A DNA stretch of 8,405 nucleotides, taken from the NCBI GenBank assembly GCA_963718915.1, contig CAVRAI010000011.1:1-8405 (forward strand), read 5' to 3'. Positions 1 to 5,538 of the stretch are shown piece by piece. The notes below the pieces were generated by a model, which ran no database searches, had not been told where the DNA came from, and was given only the letters and a program-made list of their open reading frames with translations. The position numbers and the translations under genes are program-made. How positions within the stretch are numbered: the first letter of the stretch is position 1; each line of letters begins with the position of its first letter. The DNA is from an uncultured Chloroflexia bacterium. Its GTDB lineage: Bacteria; Chloroflexota; Ktedonobacteria; Ktedonobacterales; JADMIN01.

Positions 1-45
1 AGTCGCGCGGGCGTATGATGGAGAACATGAACGGAGCTGGCTGGC

Positions 46-525
46 ATGCGTGTTATACAGGTTCACAAGCTCGACGCCCAGGGAGCCACCGTCCTCGTCT
101 ACGAGACGGAGCTTGCGGAGCGGCTGCCCAACGGCGTGCGGCTAAATGCCTTGTGGACACGCCCCACGACCGACCTCGGCTATGTCATCTTCGAGACCGG
201 CGACCACTTCACCGAGTGGTACTACACCGATCGCTGGTACAACATCTTCGAGATCGCCAGCCCCGATGGCACGCTCAAAGGCTGGTATTGCAACGTCGCC
301 GCGCCAGCGGATATTGACGACGATCACCTCTTCTGCCGCGACCTGCTGCTGGACCTCTGGGTGACTCCCGACGGCGCGACATCGGTGCTGGACGAAGACG
401 AGTTCGCCGCCGAGCCAGCGCTCGACGATGCGACCCGCGACCAGGCGCTCGCCGGACTGGCCGAGCTACAACGCCTCGTCGCGAATCGTCAGGGGCCGTT
501 TAGCCGCCTGCATGGCGCTGGCTAG
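46..525 (+). CDS. DUF402 domain protein (Ntdp/FomD-like nucleoside di-/triphosphatase family)
   Basis: 159-aa ORF. ATG at 46 with GGAG at 33-36, 9 nt upstream. The core pattern FTEWYYTDRWYNIFEI...GWYCNVAAP...RDLLLDLWVTPDG...LDEDEF matches the DUF402 fold as I remember it. Third-position GC bias fits this frame; the overlapping ORF 15-317 is out of frame and has no recognisable motifs. Confidence 0.7.
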   Translation: MRVIQVHKLDAQGATVLVYETELAERLPNGVRLNALWTRPTTDLGYVIFETGDHFTEWYYTDRWYNIFEIASPDGTLKGWYCNVAAPADIDDDHLFCRDLLLDLWVTPDGATSVLDEDEFAAEPALDDATRDQALAGLAELQRLVANRQGPFSRLHGAG

Positions 526-1211
526 TGCTGTGAGGGGGGATCAAAGAGGACGGCGCTCGAAACGCCACTGCACAGCATACCGATATTTTCCAGTCGCGTC
601 GCGATGCCGAGCACCTGTTGCATCGGGAACGACTCGCGGGGATGCTCCCCTATAGCCACCTGCATCCGCTCGTTCAGTACATTATAGGCGAGTTGAAGGT
701 CTGTGGATTCATCGAGTATCGAGCGGGCATTCTCGCGGTCACGAGAAGTGGTGTAAATGATGGCGTTGCGTACCTGCATGCGGGTCTGCTCGACGAGATA
801 CTCGAGCAAATTGATGCTGGCTCCAACCCGCTCAAGCACGTCCTCGGCCGGAAGCTGAAGGGCAAGCGACTGAGAGGCAATGCGTGTCGATTCCTGTGCG
901 ATGCGACGGAAAGCCCGCCCCAGCTCCTGAAGTTCCATAATCCAGCGCGCCTGGTCGACTGAGGCGCGACCGCCCATCAGCAGATCCAGCCCAAGCTGAT
1001 GCGCCTGCTGATAGCGCGCCTCGCACTCCTGGGCTGCCTTTGGCGCCTGCTGCGCACCGTGAATTCCTTCACCTAACAGCGCGCTGACAGCATTAAACAA
1101 GATGTCTTCGACCTCGATACCGAGTTCGGTCACCATTTCTACGAGTTTGTGGATATCATCATCCAACGCACCACCCCATCCGAATCCGGCGCCACGGTTC
1201 GATACTACCAT
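522..1211 (-). CDS. PhoU-domain protein (divergent, two PhoU-like repeats)
   Basis: 229-aa ORF. ATG at 1211-1209 is preceded by a strong GGAGGG, 4-5 nt upstream. Two helical repeats each end in a LERIGD-like segment (WIMELQELGRAFRRIAQES and LGIATRLENIGMLCSGVSSAVLF). The second is preceded by ARSILDESTDLQLAYNVLNERM, which fits the PhoU A..v..D..iD..y pattern. The usual Asp of the E..GD motif is not conserved. No pst genes lie nearby. Confidence 0.55.
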   Translation of the reverse strand: MVVSNRGAGFGWGGALDDDIHKLVEMVTELGIEVEDILFNAVSALLGEGIHGAQQAPKAAQECEARYQQAHQLGLDLLMGGRASVDQARWIMELQELGRAFRRIAQESTRIASQSLALQLPAEDVLERVGASINLLEYLVEQTRMQVRNAIIYTTSRDRENARSILDESTDLQLAYNVLNERMQVAIGEHPRESFPMQQVLGIATRLENIGMLCSGVSSAVLFDPPSQH

Positions 1212-1329
1212 GATGCCCTCCGACGGTTGTTATCGCCGCGACAACACAGCATGCGCTCAAGCACACTGTTTCACATATGTCCCACGCTATGCAGTGGAAC
1301 ACGACACCTTTATCCTGTGAATAACTACA

Positions 1330-2349
1330 TCAAACGCCCTGGCTCAGATGATCCCACCCTGCCGCGGCGAGTGGCTGGACCGAGCCATCCTCGTAACGGA
1401 TCGTCATCCCGGCTTCAGGCGCCGTCAGCCGACCAATGACGACTGGCGCGCAGCCCACTGCCCGGAGCGCGGCCAGCGCCTCGTCGCGGCGATCCGGCGC
1501 GAGCGCGCACAGCAGGTGGTAGTCTTCGCCACCATGGAGCGCCAGCAGCAGCGGGTCACGCCCATAGCGAGCAGCGATCTCCACAGCGGCGGGGGCAACG
1601 GGAATACGCGATGCATCCAGTTCCGCCCCCACACCGCTTCGCTCGCACAGATGGCCCAGGTCGGCGGCTAACCCATCGCTGATATCGAGCATCGCCGTCA
1701 CCAGCTTGCCCGACGCCAGCGCGCGGCCAGCCTCGACACTTGGTGTTGGCGCCACCAGTGCGCTCCGCGCTTGTTGTAGCAAGGACTGTGCCACGCCCTC
1801 CGCCCGCTTTGGTTCTCGCGCCACCAGCAATCCCGCCGCCGCCGCTCCCAGTGAACCCGTCACCAGCAGCAGGTCGCCCGGCTGGCCGCCAGCGCGTGTC
1901 ACCTGCGCGCCGCGTGGGCAGCGCCCCAGCGCCACCACATCAATCGCCAATGGACCATCCGTCGCCGTGATATTGCCGCCTACCACCGCTACTCCATAGC
2001 GTTGCGCCTCGCTGCGCAGTCCGGCATAAATCTCATCAAGTATGCCAACCTCCAGCGAGGGCGGCAGCAGTAACGATACCAGCGCCCAACAAGGCTCCGC
2101 GCCCATGGCCGCCAGATCGCTCAGATTCACCGCCAATGCCTTGCGTCCAATCTCCTCCGGCGTCGAGATCGCCATCACAAAGTGACGTCCCTCCACCAGC
2201 GCATCGACGGTAGCCACCACCAGCATACCGGGACCTGGGTCGAGAAGCGCGGCATCATCTCCGATGCCCAGCGCCACATCGGGCCGCGTCTCCAGATTGC
2301 TGGTGAGCCGGGCGATCACGCCAAACTCGCCGAGATCATCCAGACGCAT
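1330..2349 (-). CDS. thiL: thiamine-monophosphate kinase
   Basis: 339-aa ORF. The N-terminus MRLDDLGEFGVIARL...GIGDDAALL...VATVDALVEGRHF is the classic ThiL/AIR-synthase-related N-domain. GGNIT and DISDGLAADL motifs follow. ATG at 2349-2347 has GGAAGGGA 7 nt upstream. Length is typical for ThiL. Confidence 0.9.
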   Translation of the reverse strand: MRLDDLGEFGVIARLTSNLETRPDVALGIGDDAALLDPGPGMLVVATVDALVEGRHFVMAISTPEEIGRKALAVNLSDLAAMGAEPCWALVSLLLPPSLEVGILDEIYAGLRSEAQRYGVAVVGGNITATDGPLAIDVVALGRCPRGAQVTRAGGQPGDLLLVTGSLGAAAAGLLVAREPKRAEGVAQSLLQQARSALVAPTPSVEAGRALASGKLVTAMLDISDGLAADLGHLCERSGVGAELDASRIPVAPAAVEIAARYGRDPLLLALHGGEDYHLLCALAPDRRDEALAALRAVGCAPVVIGRLTAPEAGMTIRYEDGSVQPLAAAGWDHLSQGV

Positions 2350-2658
2350 GGCCAGATCCCTTCCACGGCCAGAGCGGGGAACACTCTGGCCGCCACCTCC
2401 ACCCCACAGACCGTGGGCCTCCGCGCCGCGAATCGCGCGCGTTACATCATCTCAGGTGATGTGGTGGCGCGTCTTCCGCGACAACCGAGGTACCGAAGAA
2501 TACAATAGCGTCTGTGAGGCGTGTTGCTCAAGACCATTCTGGCGATATTGTACCATTCAGCAGATTTTGCAGTATATCACCATTTTGGACGAGAACAAGT
2601 ACTGAAATCTCGATGGGGATATTGATATATCACATCGCGATAAAAGCGAGGATACACA
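2350..2658. promoter_or_regulatory. divergent thiL / yjbR-like intergenic region (promoters not pinpointed)
   Basis: 309-bp spacer between divergently oriented starts. Its right half (about 2490-2650) is clearly more AT-rich than the flanking coding DNA. The thiL-proximal half holds hairpins at 2367-2391 (8-bp stem ggccagag/ctctggcc), 2403-2417 and 2444-2462. I could not fit a convincing -35/-10 pair. Confidence 0.3.
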
Positions 2659-3042
2659 TTGAACGATCAGCGCTCAACAGATGATGACGATGGTGGCGAG
2701 GCGCTCGAAAAGCTCCGCGAGATTTGCCTTGCGCTGCCCGAGGCCAGCGAGGAGGGTGGCGTTGGGAACCCAACCTTCAAGGTGCGCGGCAAAATCTTCG
2801 CGATGCGTCATCCGCGAGATGGGCGGATGTCTGTCTGGCTCAAAGCGCCGCACGGAGCGCAGGGCGCGCTGATCCACACCAGCCCGACGGTCTTCTTCGT
2901 CCCGCCATACGTCGGCCAACATGGGTGGGTTGGCGCCTGGCTCGACATCGACCTCGATTGGGAGCATCTCGCCGAACTGATCGAGGAAAGCTATCGGATG
3001 ACCGCGCCGAAGCGCCTCGTGGCTCTCCTCGACCGCCATTGA
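2659..3042 (+). CDS. MmcQ/YjbR family DNA-binding protein
   Basis: 127-aa ORF with a TTG start at 2659 and GAGGA at 2648-2652. LREICLALPEA...NPTFKVRGKIFAM...VWLK...PPYVGQHGWVGAWLD...W..L.ELIEESYRMTAPKRL matches the YjbR-family pattern from memory. The antisense ORF 2674-3126 has no motifs. Confidence 0.7.
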   Translation: MNDQRSTDDDDGGEALEKLREICLALPEASEEGGVGNPTFKVRGKIFAMRHPRDGRMSVWLKAPHGAQGALIHTSPTVFFVPPYVGQHGWVGAWLDIDLDWEHLAELIEESYRMTAPKRLVALLDRH

Positions 3043-3115
3043 TTCTTCTGTCGGGTATGCGATACCCTGTGGTTGTGGTAGCGATAGCGAGCGCAGCGTA
3101 TCGGGGAAGCATGCA

Positions 3116-3406
3116 ATGATGAACAATCAGCGGACTGGCGGAGGCGCGCCACGCGCCCTGCGTTCCCTACGACTGCTCAGCGGTCTGCTGCTCGTCACCG
3201 TGGCGCTTGGCGGTATCGTCATCGAGCTGGCGCTGGCGACGAATCTGCGCGAGGGCCTGAGCCAACTGGTTCCGACCTCGCTCCACACGATCCTGATCGT
3301 GACGCTGGATAGCATCGCGGGCTTGTGGCTGCTGGCTGTCGTGCTGGGTTGTCTGCTGACGGGCGGTATGAGCCTTGTCCTCGTCTTCACCCGGCGCGAG
3401 TGGTAG
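3116..3406 (+). CDS. hypothetical small membrane protein
   Basis: 96-aa ORF. ATG at 3116 with GGGGAAG at 3103-3109. A basic N-terminus (RTGGGAPRALRSLR) is followed by two to three long hydrophobic stretches (LLSGLLLVTVALGGIVIELALA; ILIVTLDSIAGLWLLAVVLGCLLTGGMSLVLVF). Codon third positions are GC-rich like the neighbouring genes. I recognise no family. Confidence 0.45.
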   Translation: MMNNQRTGGGAPRALRSLRLLSGLLLVTVALGGIVIELALATNLREGLSQLVPTSLHTILIVTLDSIAGLWLLAVVLGCLLTGGMSLVLVFTRREW

Positions 3407-4316
3407 GCTCCCCAGCCTCATTCGGCGTATCGGCGTCTGGTATGGGCGGCATCGCCAGCCCGGCGACGGATCGCGCCAGCGCCATATGCGCCCGCTCGGC
3501 GGCCCAGTCGGGCGTATTGTCATCTTCGGCCAGGGTAGGAATCGGCGTCTCCAGAATACCGGTTGCGCGCGCGATGCGTGGATGACGCAGGAAAGCGGTC
3601 AGCCCCTCGATGGGAATAGCGCCCTCGCCGATGCGCGCGTGGATATCGCGATGGCTGCCGCATGCCTCGCGCGCGTCATTCACATGGAGCACCGGCACGC
3701 GATCCAGCCCGATGATGCTATCAGCCTGTTCGAGCACGGCGCGCGCGCCTTCTGGCGTGCCGATATCGTAGCCCGCCGCCCACAGGTGCGCCGTATCCAG
3801 ACAGACGCCCAGCCGCGCGCCAAACTCTGGCAGCGCCGCCAGCACGCTCGCCAGATTCTCGAAGCGGTAACCAACTTTGCCGCCGCCACCGGTATCGTTT
3901 TCTAGCAGCAGTATCACGTCCTCTGGCGCGCCCGCCATCACCTGGCGTACGCCTGCCACCAGCCGCTCCAGACCGGCTTCTTCGCCGGTTCCGGTGGCGC
4001 TACCGACGTGAAAGACGACGCTCGATGCGCCGTAGAGTGACGCTCGTTCCAGCGTGGCGCGCAGCAGCGTCACCGATTTGTCGTAGATCTCGGGCCGCGG
4101 CGACGCCAGATTGATCAGATAGGCGGCATGCACGACGACCGGCGACTGCCCATAGCGCTCCGCCGCCGCGCGAAACGCCTTGACGAGCGCCGGATTGTGC
4201 GCGGGCGCCGCCCAGCCGCGTGGGTTGGTCAGAAAGACCTGGATGGCGTCACAGCCGATGCTCTGGGCCTCTTGCAGCCCCTTCGGGGTATTCGAGAGAT
4301 GGCGGCCAAATCGCAC
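3387..4316 (-). CDS. nfo: deoxyribonuclease IV (endonuclease IV, AP endonuclease family 2)
   Basis: 309-aa ORF with a GTG start at 4316-4314 and a purine-rich AAGAAAGAGA upstream. The ordered Nfo metal-ligand motifs are present: VVVHAAYLINL, VVFHVGS, LLLENDTG, CLDTAHLWAAG, VLHVNDAR, GSHRDIHARIGEG, ILETP. About 50 aa follow ILETP, a somewhat long C-terminal tail. Confidence 0.9.
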   Translation of the reverse strand: MRFGRHLSNTPKGLQEAQSIGCDAIQVFLTNPRGWAAPAHNPALVKAFRAAAERYGQSPVVVHAAYLINLASPRPEIYDKSVTLLRATLERASLYGASSVVFHVGSATGTGEEAGLERLVAGVRQVMAGAPEDVILLLENDTGGGGKVGYRFENLASVLAALPEFGARLGVCLDTAHLWAAGYDIGTPEGARAVLEQADSIIGLDRVPVLHVNDAREACGSHRDIHARIGEGAIPIEGLTAFLRHPRIARATGILETPIPTLAEDDNTPDWAAERAHMALARSVAGLAMPPIPDADTPNEAGEPTTRAG

Positions 4317-4340
4317 AGGACACAGTCTCTTTCTTACGGC

Positions 4341-4405
4341 TGGCGGCTAAAGCCGCGCCTAAGGGTTGCGCAAGCGCAACCGCGAAGCCCGCCTGTGCGG
4401 GCTGA
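4341..4405 (+). repeat. solo copy of a triple-hairpin GC-rich repeat module (REP-like)
   Basis: Three consecutive hairpins lie in the scpB-nfo spacer: 4343-4356 (gcggc taaa gccgc), 4364-4381 (ggttgcgc aa gcgcaacc, 8-bp stem) and 4386-4403 (agcccgc ctgt gcgggct). The first and third are near-identical to hairpins at 5344-5362 and 5381-5400, differing by compensatory pairs. Confidence 0.6.
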
Positions 4406-4455
4406 CAACAGCAATCACTCTACACCAACCTGTGTGATTTTCGAAAGCGCTACAT

Positions 4456-5187
4456 TCACTCGCTGTTAGACGGTTTGTTCGCCGCCTCGTCGACGCCCAC
4501 CGCCTCGCGGATACGCTGGGCCGCCGCCATACGGAAGGCGACTGCCGCCTCGGCGTCGGTCATATCTGGCCGGGGCAGCGCCTCCAGGCTGGAGAGGCCG
4601 AACTGTTGCAGGAACTCGGATGTCGTGCCAAAGAGCGTCGGTCGCCCAACCGTCGCGGCGCGGCCAACCTCGATCACCAGCCCATACTGCACCAGACTTG
4701 CCAGCGCGCGGTCGCTATTCACGCCACGGATGAACTCGATCTGCGAGCGCGTGACCGGCTGGCGATAGGCGACGACGGCTAGCGTTTCGAGTGCGGCAGT
4801 GGTGAGCTTCACCTGCGTCGGCAGGCCCAACAGCGCCGCCACGAAGCGCGCGTTCTCTGGCGCGGAGACGAACTGCACCGCGTCGCCCATCCGCTGGATA
4901 CGAATACCTCGTCCCAGGCGCTCGCACTCCTCCGCCAGCGACGCCACCGCCTCACGCAGCCGCGCCTGTTCCAGTGGCAGCAGCTTGCGCAGCTCGTTCA
5001 GCTCCAGCGGCCGCCCCGCGACGAAGAGCAGGCTCTCGATCACCGAGCGTAACTGCTCCAGCGAGAGCAGGCTGGCTGGCAGATTCGCCGCACGTTCATT
5101 CGCTGACTGCGCGGGGTGTTGTGTCTGATTATTATCGGCAGCTGAAGCTGATGATGCCGATGATGCTGATGGTGTCGTACGTGGCAT
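4456..5187 (-). CDS. scpB: segregation and condensation protein B (SMC-ScpAB kleisin-associated subunit)
   Basis: 243-aa ORF. IESLLFVAGRPLELNELRKLL..., the AYRQPVTRSQIEFIRGVNSDRALASLVQYGLV winged-helix segment and GRPTLFGTTSEFLQQFGL are the hallmark ScpB motifs. It carries about 45 extra Ser/Ala/Gln-rich residues at the N-terminus and a C-terminal tail. ATG at 5187-5185 is the only plausible start upstream of the conserved domain. Confidence 0.85.
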   Translation of the reverse strand: MPRTTPSASSASSASAADNNQTQHPAQSANERAANLPASLLSLEQLRSVIESLLFVAGRPLELNELRKLLPLEQARLREAVASLAEECERLGRGIRIQRMGDAVQFVSAPENARFVAALLGLPTQVKLTTAALETLAVVAYRQPVTRSQIEFIRGVNSDRALASLVQYGLVIEVGRAATVGRPTLFGTTSEFLQQFGLSSLEALPRPDMTDAEAAVAFRMAAAQRIREAVGVDEAANKPSNSE

Positions 5188-5194
5188 GGAGCCG

Positions 5195-5203
5195 ATTATA
5201 GCA
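5195..5203 (-). promoter_or_regulatory. extended -10 promoter element TGCTATAAT for scpB (candidate leaderless transcript)
   Basis: The minus strand reads ccagacaTGcTATAATcggctccATG. This is a perfect TGnTATAAT, separated from the scpB ATG by 7 nt (cggctcc) that hold no Shine-Dalgarno-like purine run. No good -35 is present, which is acceptable for extended -10 promoters. Confidence 0.4.
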
Positions 5204-5342
5204 TGTCTGGCGCTGGCTGCTGGGCAAAATAGCCCTCTTGCCAGCGATGGCTGACGGTAAGCAACGTTTGCGTGATTGCGGCGCGGCGGCTGGCGGCAAA
5301 TGCAGTTTTAGCAATTACCGAGGACGCCGCGCGGCGGTGCAC

Positions 5343-5513
5343 GGGCGGTTAAAACCGCGCCTCCATGGCCTGCGGCCACAAAGTCCGCCGTCGCGGACTG
5401 CCCAGACCTTGCCCCAACGGGATACTCGCTGGCAAGCGGGTCTCTGCAACCCGCGCAGGCGGGTTTTGTGGCGGAGCGTTAGCGAGGCCCTTCAGGCGCG
5501 GTTTGAACCGCCC
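5343..5513. repeat. 171-bp imperfect palindromic element made of two inverted copies of the hairpin module (BIME/ERIC/MITE-like)
   Basis: Terminal 20-mers are inverted repeats: 5343-5362 gggcggttaaaaccgcgcct versus the reverse complement of 5494-5513, gggcggttcaaaccgcgcct (19/20). The inner blocks 5375-5408 and the reverse complement of 5439-5472 match 26/34. Local hairpins sit at 5345-5358, 5366-5378, 5382-5399, 5424-5441, 5448-5465 and 5498-5511. Confidence 0.6.
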
Positions 5514-5538
5514 ACGCCCTTATTCTGGCATACTGTGG

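Noticed and set aside
2350-2658. TPP (THI-box) riboswitch upstream of thiL, prompted by a CTGAGA on the thiL strand at 2450-2455
   Set aside because: Only the CUGAGA hexamer is present, and it sits in the loop of a simple 6-bp hairpin. The pyrophosphate-sensor consensus (ACCUGAUCUGGAUAAUGCCAGCG-like) and the GGGG/ACCC helices are absent. thiL is also not a typical TPP-riboswitch target.
3053-3067. Hairpin gggtat gcg ataccc followed by a T/G-rich run after the yjbR-like stop, as an intrinsic terminator
   Set aside because: It has only a 6-bp stem, half of it A-T, with a 3-nt loop and no real U-tract. That is too weak to call, and it may simply lie in the leader of the downstream small ORF.
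3375-3905. 176-aa plus-strand ORF antisense to nfo; similar antisense or out-of-frame ORFs at 2674-3126 (-), 2724-3119 (+), 1348-1671 (+), 6017-6523 (+) and 15-317 (+)
   Set aside because: All overlap confidently identified genes in other frames or strands, have Arg/Ala/Pro/Ser-rich low-complexity translations, and lack start-site signals. These are typical GC-rich shadow ORFs.
4341-5513. CRISPR array, considered because of recurring GC-rich palindromic units
   Set aside because: The units are not identical direct repeats, they occur in both orientations, they have no regular repeat-spacer periodicity, and they are split by the scpB gene. No cas genes are present.
5494-5513. tRNA T-arm-like string GGTTCAAACC (minus strand), suggesting a tRNA gene or tRNA-derived SINE
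   Set aside because: With a 7-nt T-loop the flanking bases do not pair (ggcgg versus cgcgc). The sequence pairs only as a tetraloop hairpin. No acceptor stem, D-arm or anticodon arm geometry fits a cloverleaf.
5343-5513. Integron attC site, considered because it is an imperfect palindrome of suitable length
   Set aside because: The ends do not fit the RYYYAAC / GTTRRRY core sites. No integrase or cassette-like promoterless ORF array is nearby. The internal local hairpins and the solo half-copy at 4341-4405 fit a REP/MITE-type family better.
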